Positions 37,631-53,260 of a stretch of 64,000 nucleotides of DNA are shown piece by piece (positions within the stretch are counted from its first letter, which is position 1; every line of letters begins with the position of its first letter). A program made the position numbers and the translations under genes. Origin of the DNA: the human T2T-CHM13v2.0 reference genome, Homo sapiens; the NCBI RefSeq assembly GCF_009914755.1, contig NC_060933.1, one strand, 5' to 3'. A model generated the notes under the pieces. The model had not been told where the DNA came from. It did no database searches and worked only from the letters and a program-made list of their open reading frames with translations.

Positions 37631-38530
37631 TTTAATACCAAAAGCTATAAATTAACAAGACATTCTTTTATCTCGAATATTAGAATTTAGTCTAGAACCC
37701 TGATGTGTTAACTACATATATTAAAACTCATTAGAAAATACTTTATATCATGTTTAAAATTGAAATTTATATTGAAATGTTAAATACCAGATTCTTACAA
37801 TATTACTTTAATTTACAACATACAATGTGTAATCTCCAGGCAAAAAGTGAATGCATTTCATGTAAGTTGATAATGGTACTTTGGTAAGAAGTCTCTTCTA
37901 GTTTGGTTAACACAAATAGATATAACACCTAATTTTAGCTCACATAGTAGTAATTTGAAAAGCAAAGATATATTACTGTTTCATAAAATGTTAGCTTTGT
38001 TACAAAACAATCCCCAACATACTAGGTGTTTCGCTTTGGAATTTTACAGTAATAACCAAGGGGAAAAAGAAAGTAGTAACAATATGATTTAATAAACATG
38101 GTTTCATATAAAAAAACTTACAAATAAGTGGAAATATTTCTTTGTAATTTCATTAAAGAAACTAAAATATCCTCTAGGCACTCGAGGCTGAAAATTATCT
38201 TCCGGTAACTTTCATTATACTGATCAATAACATACATAGCTTTTATGAGATGGTTTCTTGCTTTTGAGAGAAAATATAACACACGAAAATAAAATAATCT
38301 CATATTTACCTTGAATCTTATGTATGAATTTAAGCTATATTTTTAATAGAGAAAAGGGGGGACAAAAGGCCTTGCCTCATGATTGAGGGTACTGTTCTCA
38401 AGAGAATAAGCTATTCCCAGCCAGCTAGATCCCTGGACCTTGGATCCACTACATAGGTCTACATATCACTACATAGGTCTAACAGAAAGGAAGCCTCTTT
38501 TGAGATAGAACATGGGTTTCCCCTACATTT

Positions 38531-38945
38531 AAAAAAATTTTATTTTATTTTAAGTTCCGGGATACATGTGCAGGACGTGCAGGTTTGTTATGTAAGTAAA
38601 CGTGTGCCGTGGTGGTTTGTTGCACCTATCAACCCATCACCTAGGTATTAAGCCCAGCATGCATTAACTATTTATCCTGATGCTGTCCCTCCCCCTGCCC
38701 CTGACAGATCCCAGTGTGTGTTGTTCCCCTCCCTGTGTCCCTGTGTTGTCATTGTTCAGCTTCCACTTATAAATGAGAACATACAGCGTTTGGTTTTCTG
38801 TTCCCATGTTAGTTTGCTGAGGATAATGATTTTCAGCTTCATCCATATCCCTGCAAAGGACATGATCTTGTTCCTTTTTATGGCTGCATAGTATTCCATG
38901 GCATATATGTGCGACATTTTCTTTACCCAGTCTATCACCGATGGA
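38531..38945 (-). mobile_element. 5'-truncated L1PA (PA8-PA13-like) 3' end
   Basis: gatacatgtgcaggacgtgcaggtttgtta...; 14-bp TSD tttcccctacattt at 38517-38530 and 38946-38959. Confidence 0.95.
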
Positions 38946-39069
38946 TTTCCCCTACATTTTTATGGCACTGAATGTGTGCCTCCCTCCACCCCCTCCATCT
39001 CACCCGATCCTCTGTCTGGAATGCCCTTCATAATTTTATATTTTCTGCGTCATCATTCTAGCACCCAAA

Positions 39070-40359
<1,290 letters not shown>

Positions 40360-40404
40360 AAATGCGTCACTGAAGTCATCTTTGGTTACTGCCATTGCCC
40401 ATTA

Positions 40405-40727
<323 letters not shown>

Positions 40728-40839
40728 TCATTCACATCTAATTATTTTAAAACTTGTATTTAGCACTTCATTGTGCCATGCTGTTTGGAATTATAGATAC
40801 TATGCACTTACCTATAGCTACCGTTAGCTGACATAATTT

Positions 40840-41076
40840 ATCCCAAATATCACCTGTGGGTCACCTACATCAGAATCACTTGGAAGTGCTGGTGGCAGGG
40901 GGACCCTCCTAACAAGTTCCCTCTCAGGTTGGAGGGCATTGATACGGTGCAGTGATCTGAGGACATCACCTGGGATCCTGTTAGACACGCAAATTTGTGG
41001 GCCCTCACCCCTGGGGTGGGAAGGGGACTGGCAATCTGTGTTTTAACCAGTCCTCCAGGGGATTCTGATGCATGCT
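40840..41076. mobile_element. MER5A-like hAT fragments
   Basis: atcagaatcacttgg; atcacctgggatcctgttag...gttttaaccagtcctccaggggattctgatgca. Confidence 0.7.
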
Positions 41077-43037
41077 GTAGGTAGAGCTGATAGAGCTGGA
41101 AGAACATAAGCTCTTGAAGCAGCTAGACTTGGGGTTGGGTCCTGGCTGAACCACTTACTACCTCTCTGACCTTGGGCAAGCTCTCTCTTCCTGAAGCAGC
41201 CTGAGTAAGAACCTGAAACAAGGGAAAAAAACTTGTAATACCTGCAAATGCCCTGTTAAGAGTCTTTGTTTAGAAACTATACTTTGCCTTTTCTCTTTTT
41301 TTTGAATAGGGAGAAACCTAATCCGAATGCACTGAAAGAGTTCTAATTAGACATTTCATGGGCCTCTGAGGCTCCCTGAGGAAAGTAAGAGAGAAGGTCA
41401 AAACACATGTCCCTCTTGGAATGGGGGCCTGAGTCCATGCTGCAGGGAGCTGGCTGTGGAGAGTGAAGCCCTTTCAGAGGTCAGCACCCACTGACCTGAG
41501 CCACTGAGTAAGTCGATCCAGCTCATAGGCAATGAACTGACGATGGATGAATCCCTCTCTCAGAGGTGAAAAGGAAATCCATCATGTATGACTACTGCTT
41601 GCACTGCATTTATTAAGGGCTAAAACAATGAAACCCTTTTGGCCCGTCTCTAGCTCCTGGTATCCTGTAATTTCTATTTGATTGTGACATAGGAGCAACC
41701 ACAGTATGGTTTTAACCAGATTGAGATGACAGTCCTCATTTTGAGAAGCTCTGAGAAACTTGTTTAGCATTCAATTTAACAAATGGTGGAAATCGGAATA
41801 TAAGGGGGAAAGATATAGAAACCAGTTCTATGCCTTAAATGTTCCCTCTGCATCTATATATGTGTATAAATGTGTGTGTATTATGTGTATAATTATGGGC
41901 TTTTATTGTTTTATTATTTTATTTATTATTGTTTTACTGTTTGATTTATTTGATTACAATACCAAAGCAAAATGCCAGTTTCAGTAACTTGATATTTATT
42001 TTGCATAACATTAAAATACTACTATTGATACTGGCATTTTATGTTTTTTAATGTATTCAGAGTTAGTGAAGCAAAAAATTAAACCAAATATTTAATGTGT
42101 TAACAACTAAAAATTCAATATACCTTAAGACAAGTAAAAATCTAAATTTTTAAATGTATGTGTACTAAACATACATTGTTATTGCAAAATTGTTTATTAG
42201 CAGTAAATTAATAAAATTACTAAAAACTTTATATAAAATAAAAACTTTAACAATCCCCAGAAAGTTGAAAATTTAAGTACTAAATAATTAAGTATTAATT
42301 AACTTATTAATAAAGTACTTAAAAATTTACCAAAAAAAAGGTGTCATAATGAGAGTTTACTGTCCTGCAAATTTGTTCAGCTGTTGAAAAATCTTTGACA
42401 TTTTATTGGAATGTAAGACATCATGCATGAATGGTGACATTAGGGTTATAAACTAACTCCAAATATTTTCCTCTGGCTTAACATTTTCAAATAATCCCTC
42501 CTTTTATTTAGCAACTTTGAGGAAGTGTTTCTGCAAAGCTCTTCCTTTTTCAAGGATCTTTCTGTGGCTCGTGAGCTATAACCTTGTTTTAAAGAGAGCA
42601 CTGCCAGTTTATCTTGGACTCTTCCAGTGTCATCATCTGTAGATGGGGTATCTGATGCAGTTACCTGCATCAACTTCAATTTTGTATTGTTTATATTCCA
42701 CTTTTTCAAAAAGTCTTTGAACTAGAATAAGAAATATTCCTTGCAATAGATGCTTGGTTTTGATTGTCATTTTCATTCTCCTCTTGAGGATTATGGAGGT
42801 ATAGAAGAGTATTTTCTAAACGAGTGCAGTTTTGTTGGATTAGAAATTGCAATGCAGCAAATAGCTCTCTGGGTATATCTCAAGTTGTAAAAGATTCAGA
42901 TTCAGAATTTCAAAAAATATTTAAAAAATTGTTCCAAGAAAAATATAAGTATTTCAATACTATGATTCAGAATCTTAAAAAAAATTTCAAAAATACTGCT
43001 TCCAGAAAAATCTAAGTATTTCAATACTTAAAAATCA

Positions 43038-43356
<319 letters not shown>

Positions 43357-44431
43357 CACTGCAATTATTTACATAGACATAAATAAACAGTATACTTGTA
43401 CGCATACTAACACATCTAACTATTTTTTAGTAAAGTTTCTCTCTATTTCAGTCATTGCATGATGACGTGAACTCAACATAAAATGTGGGGAGTGGGAGTT
43501 TCTTCTGAGAACAGTTCCTGTGATGTCTGGCAATAGGAGCGTTGACTGGAACATGTGGATATACCTTTTCCACCATGAAACATTTGAAAAACTCCAAAGT
43601 TTGGACTCAGGCAAGTGCAAGTCCAAAATGTGTGTTACAGTCCACTCTGGTTTTGGAGGTAGTTGTGGAGTGCCCCACAGACCTCTAGGGAGTAAAACAT
43701 ACTGGATTTTACTCCAGTGGACCACTTGGAGCTCCTGAGCCAGCTGAGAAGCCTGTTCATCCCCAGCAGAGGCAAAGCCAGTTTGGGAGGCCTCAGGATT
43801 GTCATTTCTCCTGTTCACAGCATGGCTCTGGGCAGCGCCACTCAGTGCCATCAAGGAACCATGCACCTGAAGTTTGGAACCCAGCTGAGTATGCAATACA
43901 GAGGAGGAGAAGACTGCAGTGGGGTTTTGTAAGGTGCTCCCAGCACAGCGTGCATCCGTTCCTTAACTCTGTAAAGCAAATGTGGAAACCACTCACAGTT
44001 TTCTAGCTTCCTTACCCTTTATTCAACTCCCCTAAGTGCTGAGGCCTAATTGCTGACCCCTCTGGCCTCTGGCCTGATTTCCAGTGGATATCTGGCCAGT
44101 GGTGGCTAGGTCCAGCATTTCCTCCTTCACGATAGCCAAATCATCCAGGGCAATCTCTTGGCAGCAAAGGAGGCTAGAGAAGTTGCTTTTTCAGCAGGTC
44201 AAATCAAAAGCATACGGGGAGAGGAAGTTCAGGGCTAAGAGGCTTGCTGATTCTCCATGACTTATTTTCCTCTGGGAGGCTGGATCCCATCCAGAACTGC
44301 ACACCTCCCAGAAACTATGCTTTCTGACTTTGTGTCTCTGTAAATGACTCTTTCCTGATTGAATTGATAACCAACTTACGAGTCTAAAATCACAGTATGA
44401 AATAAACTGAAAAAATCTACAGACGATATGA

Positions 44432-45200
44432 AATTTAATTCAATAAACATTTGCATATCTTTTTATATCAGGCATTATATTAGAAGTTGGGGTATAAAGA
44501 CAAGTGGAATAAAAATCCAAGAGTTCAAGAAACTCATGCTGCAGAATCATAAACATTCACATGGCAATCAATGAGACAGAGGCATGGCTAAGATGCTTGG
44601 GAACAAAGAGGAGGTCATGTAAGGCTTTAGGCTTCTGACACAAGAAAGGTGACCTTGGCTGGGTCTTGAAGGGTTAAGCAGGACCTCAGCAGATACTAAA
44701 AGGGAAAATAATGTACATAGAAAAATGAACAGATACAGGTAGTGGGCAAGAAAACCCGTTATTGTGTTTAGAAGACAACAGGAAACACCATGGGGTTATG
44801 CATTTGAGCAGGTAATGAATGACCTGAAATAGGTTGGTAAGTAACGCTTGGACTCAGCTGCAAAGGGCACTCAATATCTGGATGTCTGAGATTAATGGAA
44901 GAATGCCATTGCCAGATTTCCAGCAGGGGGTGCAGTAACAGCTTATGTTTCAAAAAGTTCACTTAGATGGCAGCACAAAAGAGAAATGCAGGCAGACAGG
45001 AGATAGTTAAGCATTCCAAACGAAGGAAACTGGGTACTCAAATACACACCGAACCCCTTTGGGCAGTATGCTTAAGGGAGAACAGGATTGAAACCAGATT
45101 TTTTTTTTAAGATGGAGGAGATCTGAATATGCTGTAGGCTGAAGGTCAGTTGCCATTGGAGATGGAGAGATTGATAGTACGGGAGAGAAGTGGAGATAAT
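44432..45200 (-). mobile_element. L2 LINE fragments
   Basis: aattcaataaacatttg...caggcattatattagaagttgggg...; ggctgggtcttgaaggg. Confidence 0.6.
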
Positions 45201-46069
45201 GGATGAAGACCTTTACCCATGCTAGCCTAGCATGCTGAGTTTCTTTTAACTGACTACATGCAGTGCATTAGCATCGGTCACTTTGTAAAAGAACACATGA
45301 AATACTCAATATCATTGCATAGTAATACAAAAATATAACGAAAAGATAGCAGAAGTCATTACAGAAATACCTTAATCTCAGGGTACATGAAATGACATGA
45401 ACTAAGATAGTCTACCAAGAAAGGGCAAAATGATGAATGAGACAACGTTGTACTACAGGATAGTCAAGTTAGCAGTAAACCTAAGTAATGTCATCGGAAG
45501 AGAGAGGGAAACTGGGGAGAAAGAGAGATAATGGAAATCAGACAGCACAAAGAAGAAAACAACAGTCAGAGGAGAAGAGAAACGGTCAGAAGAGTCCATG
45601 TATTTGTACAAAGGAGAAAAATGACATAGGAAGTTTTAAACAGCCCATAAATCCTGCTGTCTCCTACTTCTCACCACTCTCACCTAAGGCAAACGCTGTA
45701 AAAGAGCTGCCAGCTGTGGCTTGTAGCATAGGAGGCTGGGGATCTTTGGAGATGGTTTTGCAGCATCTCTGGGTCTTTTTTATCAGCCCACAGTAAATGG
45801 ACTGCCCATATTTTCAGCCTGGCTGACTACTACCCAGTTATAAAGAGAGCTGTCTGCAGGAGGAACTGGCCCTGAGATCCTTGGACACACGATGGTTTTC
45901 CCTTCACCTTCAATCACCTGTGGCCTCCTAAACAATGAATAAAGAAAGTGCAATACCTCCTGGCTCAAGGAGTGTTTACCTTTCCCAAAGTGTCAGATGA
46001 GGACCGTGGTAGGCAAAGCTGTACTTATACTAATGAGACTCCTCCATAAGATGTGTTCAGAGCCCAGCT

Positions 46070-46235
46070 CAGTGCTTCTCAAATTTTCATGTCTACATGT
46101 ATCACCTGGGAATCTTGCTAAACTGCAAGTTCTGATTCAGCAAGTGTAGAGAGAGGGCCAAGATGATCAATTTCTAACAGGGTCCCAGGTGATACAAATG
46201 CTGATGGTCTTTGAACCACACCTTGAGTAGCAAGG
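46070..46235. mobile_element. MER5A1-like hAT MITE
   Basis: cagtgcttctcaaatttt...atcacctgggaatcttgctaaactgca...accacaccttgagtagcaagg. Confidence 0.85.
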
Positions 46236-46977
46236 CATTAGGAAATGCTCTATTATGAACTGAGAAGGGTGTTAGGTTAAAAAAAAAAAAAGGAAAGAGT
46301 TTTTTTGCTGTCTTTGTAGAGAATCCACATGGAAATATGGCAGGATGTCATTTCTGCCTTACCACTAGCCGGATACTGCCACGGAGCTGTCCTTGGCTCT
46401 GGGTTCAGTTTCCCAATGAACTTGGCCTAAGTTTTCCTGACCGCAATCAAATGAGTCTTGGCTTAAGGAAATCTCTAAGTACAATTCCCTCTTCTGTCTT
46501 AATGGCACAGAAAAGGCAGGAGGGTGCTCCTGGGATTCACCCACGCAGCAGAGCAGAATAGATGAGCCCACAGAGAAATAAGATTTCCAAATGACTTTTG
46601 CTTATGACCTGATTTACATCTCCACAAAGAGTGAGAGAAATGAGTTACTTTCCCAGTCCAGGCCCTACTTACTTGCTGAATAAACTCTGTTTAGGGAAAA
46701 AACCCGAACAACCCAAAACTTGAGGCTTTGTGCAAGGTTCACTTGACTAGTGAAACAGATGAAGGCAAAAGTTTTCTAGAATGTTTATATTTAAGTTCTG
46801 CCTAAGGGGAGCTCTTTTTATCACCTGAATATGTCACTGTAATTTGATAAACAGCAGGAGAGAAGAGGCTGGCATTGAAAAATGTTTAAAACACTGCACG
46901 ATGTTTCAGTTAGCTCTGGCACAATGGATTCTCATAAAAAGGAAGTTTTATTTTCAGTGCTGTCGCCCAGCTTTGCT

Positions 46978-47290
46978 CAGTTCAACAAACACGCATTTGA
47001 GTGTCTGTTATGTAGCAGGCACTGTGCTGGGTGCTGAGCACACAGTAGTAAAAAGTGGTTGCTGTCCTTGGGGAGCACCCCGTACTATGTGGGAGATGGA
47101 CAAGTGGAGAGATAATGTCTATGCTGTATTGTCTATGCAATAATGGAAGTAAGTGCCTGAAGTCTGAAGCACAGGTGGGATCTTCTCACCCACTCTGCAG
47201 GTGGGGAGCATGACACAAGGAGGGTCTCTGAATAGACAACATCTGAGCTGAATCTACAAGCTCGAATAGGAATTAGGATGGTAAAAAGAT
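46978..47290 (-). mobile_element. L2 LINE 3' fragment
   Basis: ttcaacaaacacgcatttgagtgtctgttatgtagcaggcactgtgctgggtgctg. Confidence 0.8.
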
Positions 47291-47299
47291 TTTAGGAAG

Positions 47300-47658
47300 G
47301 TGCTAGTCATTAATGCTAACCATTAAGTATTTCTGATTTTTCCCTCTTTCATGTACATAGAATAGCCTGTCCCTGACCTCTTACATGTAAGTATAGCCAC
47401 ATGACATGCTCGAGCCAGTGACAGGTGGGTGAAAGCGATATATGGCATTTCTAGGCAGAAGCTTTAAACACGTATATGTGATTTACCATATTCCCTTCCC
47501 ACTGCTACAGAAATTGTAGAAGCTTGTGTTAAAATAAACACTCCATCAGTCTGGGTCCTTGAGTGACTACCATGAGCAGAAAGAAAACTTTGTTGTTTAA
47601 AGCCATAAAATTCCAGAGTTGATACTGCAGTGTATGCTAGTCTATCCTGACTCATACA
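47300..47658 (+). mobile_element. Old MaLR LTR (MLT1J-like)
   Basis: tagccacatgacatgc...catcagtctgggtccttgagtgact...tatcctgactcataca. Confidence 0.75.
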
Positions 47659-47925
47659 GAAGAGCAGGAAATTCTATTTGCAAAATCTCAGATGTGTAAA
47701 ACCTTTGATTTGGAAAGTGCATGGTTAATAACACTAGAATATGTTATGCAGAGTGGGATAGATGGGGATTGGGATGATGTTTAACTTCTCTGGGTCTCAA
47801 GATAATAGAGGCTTAATTAGGTGATTGAATAAAGGGCTAGCCAAATGAACTCTTGTTTCCTTTCTAACTACAGACTTTGGTTTTACAAAATTGAACGCAG
47901 TTTATGATCTTTTCCTCCAGGAACT

Positions 47926-48372
47926 TGTCATGCTGGACTCCTATTGATTTCAATAGGGATGGCACCATGTTTGAGAGGCCAAAGAAGAGGCGCAGAGCCA
48001 GCAAATGAGGCACGGGTTTTTTTTGAGGGGACTCACATACAGGGCACTCCAGTGGCAGCAGGCTGGACAGGAGAACCACTGCCATTTGTAAAAATCATGC
48101 AGTTCATACAACATTTTTGCTTAACATCTTTCCCCTAGCACCTTCCCCCTAGCAACCTTCATTTAACCCAAAACAAAGGGCCTTGATTCCCTGTATGGCC
48201 TGCATTCCATGGCTTGGGCCAGGGGTTTAGATGTTCCTCATAGATGAGGAATGAATCTGCAGGTTGGTCACTCCCAGATTCCCCCGCTCGAAACTCCCAA
48301 CGCACATTATGTTTAGACCATAGGGTCATTCTCAGGGTATCTTAAGTCATTGTTGTCAGGAACATCTGCCAA
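47926..48372 (-). mobile_element. ERVL-class solo LTR (LTR47/MER54/MER73 group)
   Basis: tgtcatgctggactcc...agggatggcaccatgtttgagaggccaaagaagag...agagccagcaaatgag...tccagtggcagcaggctggacaggagaacc. Confidence 0.7.
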
Positions 48373-48585
48373 ATTTCTAGACATGACTGAACTTTCGTTT
48401 ACCTCTAGGAAGCCATAGCGTTTTTTAAAACCCATATTATAGTAGTAAGTATTTTACAAAGCGTTTATTTTTGTTATCTTCACTAGATGAAGTTTTTTGA
48501 TCACAGAAAATATTCCTATTGTATTCCCAAGACCATGCACAATGCCTAGGGGTGTAATAAGTGTCTATTAGACCTAAGCCACTCT

Positions 48586-49078
48586 TGTGGCGAGGTGTCT
48601 CCCTGTTAGCCCGTTTGGCTCCACTGCCTGAGGACAACCAGTCACAGAGCGTCCAGCTCCTATTGTCACTTCCAGACTCTGATGAAGTACACACTGCAGA
48701 GTTTCCCAGACACCTGCTGAAAAGACTAAGAAAAACAACTCAGAAACGAGTCTTTGTAGCAATGTTTTAAGAGTAGCAGATGGGAAGGAGCCATTAGATA
48801 AATTCTCCTTTCCTCCCTACAATAGGTTGTTCCAAGGAAAAGCATGTATGGAGGTTTCCTGCATGATTGGGCAGGTGAAGCTGCTGAGTAATTGGCTAAA
48901 TCTCTTCATGACTCATTGTGAACTATTGTCCAGGTGGTAACACATTACCTTCTATTGCTTCCCATCCTTGTGTTTCAACTCTGTATTCCATTATTTTCAC
49001 TGCCCTGGGCTCCAAATAATATATTCGCACATAATCTTTGGTACAGACTTTGTTTTCTAAGAAACTTAGGCTAAAACA
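48586..49078 (+). mobile_element. ERVL 5' LTR (LTR67B/LTR16-like)
   Basis: attgcttcccatcctt...ttgttttctaagaaacttaggctaaaaca end, directly followed by internal sequence. Confidence 0.75.
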
Positions 49079-52000
49079 GTTTGTTTCAGAAATGGTTATG
49101 GAAAGCAGGCCCTCAGTAAGATTTGGAGTTTGACTGCCCACAGATCAGAAATTAATAAGGACTGCAATGCTGGTAGTAAATGGATTGTTAATAACCCCTG
49201 GTATGCAATGATGTTGCAAGTACTTAGGCATTCACTTGCAGCTGGTTGAGGTGAGCTGCATGTGAAAAGCAAGGCATTGAGAGATCTAGTAATTGTGGCA
49301 TTTCATCAGTATGAGGACAATGATAATTATATATATTTTGGAGTAATGTGACTGTACTGTACTCCTTGCAAAAAGAAAGTGTTTGTCCCAGGGCTTGTAA
49401 TTGCACACTGTGAAAATCTCTCTTTAGTGTCTTTAAAAGAAACTCTTAGCTTCTTAAATTTCAAGGTAGACTGTGATGAAAATCAGGCCTAGGATCTAAT
49501 TATAAAGCACAGTTCCTGCAAAGTATGCTTATATAATGTGCACAGGCCTCTTGTGTGAAAATTAGGGCCTTGATTGAAACATAGAATGAGGATATCTGCA
49601 TGGGTGAACCTGAGAATTTTAAACTCCCAAGTTCTTCTGCGCTTTCTCTATAAGCCCAACAGCCCACTTGCCTGGATACCATTCAATGATGCTTATTCTT
49701 GTCAGTATCTTCCCTATCACCTCTCATGGTTTCTAGGCCAATAAACAGAGTCAGGAGTCAGCGCAGCCCAAGCGAAAAAGTACAAGCTCTGCTTTTGGAA
49801 AAGAATAGTTTACATACTAAGAGAATTATTTGATCTGGCTGATATATACGGACAGGCTCCAGAAGAACACATGATATGAAAATGGATCCTGAGAATGTTG
49901 GGCTGAGAGAGAGACGGAGGGAATAGAATATACACTGGATAGAGAAGAATGTATTGATATGGGGAATGCACCATGATTTGAGCTTCAGTGCTTTGGCAAG
50001 GATATCTGGAGCTTGTTCAATATTCTGTAGAAAAGGATGTGGAATATTGAACATGATGATGGCTTCTATAAAAATGAAGTTAAAGATGTCCAGATTTCCC
50101 TGGTGTCGTGTTAAGGAACACATCAGAATACTTAGGGAAGGGGAGTATCATTAACTTAACCAAGCAATGTCACAATCACAACTTTTAGGCCAGATGTAGT
50201 ATATTCAGTAGAGAATTTCAACATAGCCTTTGGTCCATAATCTACTGCTATGGATTTAGTGAATGCTTTCTTCTGGATATGCAACAATAGGGAGAATGAA
50301 AAGTAGCATGTCATTACATGAAAAGGATATCAGTATATGTTTACTGTATTGCTGTAAGGCTATAATGTAGTCCAGAGAACTTGATCATCTTGACATTCTA
50401 CAGAACATCACATTGGTCCACTATACTGATAATATCACGTTAAGTGGACTGGATGAACTAGAAGTGGAGCTTACACTAGCTGCCCTAGTAAGAAATATGC
50501 ATGCCCAAATTTGGGAGACGGGAAAAAAAGGAGATTTAAGAGTCTGCCCCATCAGGGAAGTTTTCAGGTGTCCAGTAGTTAAGGACGTGCCAGGGCATTC
50601 ATTCTAATGTAAAAGACAAGTTATTGTACCTCTCACTTTCTATCATTTGTGATGAGGCACAACACTTGTATCTCATTCTGGATTTTGGAGGAAGCATATG
50701 GTATACTTGGGAATCTTTCTGCAACCCATTCATGGGTTGACTCAGAAGACTTCAAACAAGGCCCAGGGCAAAAATAGGGTTTTGTAACAGCTCTAGACTC
50801 AAAAGCTGCAGTTTCAGTGGTGGCTAATTGTTTGGATAGATAGAGGTAACGTATGGAGTTTCTGCAATGCCATTAAAAATGAGCTGTGGGCAGATCCATA
50901 GAGTTCTGGAGAATGCCATGCCTTCTTCAGCAGAGAATTATGATGTTTGCAAAACAGCTCCTGGCATTTAAATGTTTCCTACTGGAGACTGCACACCTCA
51001 TCATGGAGCACCAAGCGCCTCTATGAATGGAGGTGCTCTTTATGGTCTGGATATCACCAGGTCCACTGAACCAAGTAGTAGAGCAGGCACAACAGCAAAT
51101 CACTGTATAATGAAAGGGGTTTATTGGGGACAAGATTCCAGTACCTCCGAAAGAATGAGTAAATTACAAAATCAGATGGCCCAGATCCCTGTATTAAGTA
51201 CTTAAGTTACATTGATGCCTCTCCCTCACTCATCATACCTTTGACCAATGAGATTTTTTCCACAATTGACTATTGAAGGTCTAAAGGGTTCTAGTCCAAT
51301 TCACTAATGAGTCTGAGCAATATGTTGGTGCTAGTTGTAAATAGGCAGCTGCTACACTACAGCGCCACACAGGTTTGACCTGAATTGATGGTGAAGGAAA
51401 GGGGTAAAGGGAAACCCTCTAGAGGGCAGAGCTGTGTGCAGTAGACTTACCATCATTTCATATGGAGGAAGAGGCAGCTTGAGGGATAGATATACACTGA
51501 CTCAAGAGCAGTGGTGAATGGGTGCTTGAGGAGGAGACTAACAAGACCAGAAAATCATTGACTAGGAGGTCTGGGAAAAAGGTATGTGGATGGGTCTGTG
51601 AGAATGGGCACAAATTGTACAGATATTTGGATTTTGTATTAATGCCTACCAAAAAAAAATCAACTGCAGAAAAATCTATCAACAGCCAGGTAGTCAGAAT
51701 GTTTTATCCTATGGGTACCCATAAGCTTTTTTTTTTTTTTTTTTTTTTTTTTGTCTTTTCTAGGGATTCTGCAATGGACTAACAGAGTGGCCATGGTAGC
51801 AGGAATGGAAGCTTTGTATGGACCCAATGGGCTCCCTTCTTCAAGGATTGTGTAGCTAGTGCCACCAATAAAGGCCAATCAACCACCAGCAGTGATCAAC
51901 ACAGAGCCCGCAATATGACACCGTCCTTGGAAAGACCACCAAGATACTTTGTGGCATATTCATTATTTTAGATCTTTTCCACTCTGGAGAGGGTAATGAT

Positions 52001-52205
52001 TTACCTTTGAAGTGACTATTCCTGGTGTGGATTTATCCACAGTGCCTTCAACCATCTGAGGGCTTATAGAATGTCTAGTCTATTGGCATCAGATCCTATA
52101 CAACACTGCCTCAGACCAACATGCATAATTTATGGCAAAGGAGATGACAAATGGACTCAATCATAGGCTTCACTGATTTTATCACGTACACCATCATCCT
52201 GAAAT
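49079..52205 (+). mobile_element. Decayed ERVL internal region (ERV3-16A3-like) with gag, RT and integrase remnants
   Basis: gag-like WILR...LDREECIDMG near 49880-49965; RT AMDLVNAFF near 50245-50273 and VHYTDNITLSGLDE at 50413+; integrase-like ASDQ...FMAKE...YHVHHHPE near 52105-52203. Confidence 0.88.
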
Positions 52206-52257
52206 TTCTAGATCTCCCCACTACTTCTTAATTTGGATGAAGAATTACCCTATAGGA

Positions 52258-52437
52258 CAGGGGTCAGCAAACTGTGACCTGTGCCTTGAATCCAGTCTGC
52301 TGCTTGTTTTGGTAGATAAAGTTTGATTGGAACACAGTCATGCCCATTTATTTATGTATTGTATATATTTGCTTTCACAGTATATTGTCAGAATTGAGAA
52401 GTTATGAAAGAAACTGCATGGACTGCAAATTTACTAA
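52258..52437 (+). mobile_element. MER58A lacking its 3' terminus
   Basis: caggggtcagcaaactg...ataaagtttgattggaacacagtcatgcccatttatttatgtattgt. Confidence 0.85.
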
Positions 52438-52637
52438 AAGCGATTCTCCTGCCTCAGCCTCCAGAGTAGCTGGGATTACAAGAGTGCACCATCACACCAG
52501 CTAATTTTTGTATGTTTAGTAGAGATGGGGATTCACCATGTTGGTCAGTCTGGTCTCAAACTCTTGGCCTCAGGTGATCCACCCACGTCGGCCTCTCAAA
52601 GTGCTGTGATTACAGGTGTGAGCCACCCTGCATGGCC
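52438..52637 (-). mobile_element. AluS lacking its tail and distal right arm
   Basis: Starts abruptly at aagcgattctcctgcctcagcc; ends at the Alu 5' end (ggcc). Confidence 0.93.
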
Positions 52638-52639
52638 AG

Positions 52640-53260
52640 CATCTGTCTTTTACTTGAGCATAGGTCAGATTTTTCAGGTCTTAGTATGTCTAGTAATTTG
52701 GATTTTGCCTGGACATTTTGTGTATTATACTGTGAAGCTCTGGGTCTTATTAAAATCCTCTGGAGAAAATAGATTTTCTGTTTTTGTTTGTTTGTTGTTT
52801 TTTAAGCAGATAATAAACCCATCTTGTCTTCTGTGAACAGTGGTTCCAATGTCCGTTCCATATTCAAAGTCTATTTGGATCTGCTTCTCACATATGTTAC
52901 AGGAAGGGTTAATCTTGGATGTGGGCAGTGGCTTATATGGTAGTTCACTTCTCAAAGCTCGTGCTTCTTTGGGTGTGCACATGCAGTTTGGGGTGAACCT
53001 GGGAATTGTATCAATTCATATGTGGAATTGGGGGATGTCTTTCTCCCATTCTCCCTTTTGCAATATTGTTTCCACTCTTTGGCTCCATGGGGTATATTTT
53101 TCCAATTTACTGGCTGGAAAGACAAGGTTTCTCTTGAAGTTGTGGCCACTATTACTACTGCTCTCATGGAGAAATGAAGAGAACAAAAAGAAAAATATCA
53201 GGAATTTATCTTACGTTCTTTGCACCACAGGGACCCATTTTCCTAATTCTTCTATTCAGA
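52640..53260 (-). mobile_element. Old L1M (MC/MD/ME) fragment
   Basis: tatgtctagtaatttggattttgcctggacattttg...ctctgggtcttattaaaatcctctggaga resembles an old L1M 5' region. Confidence 0.5.
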
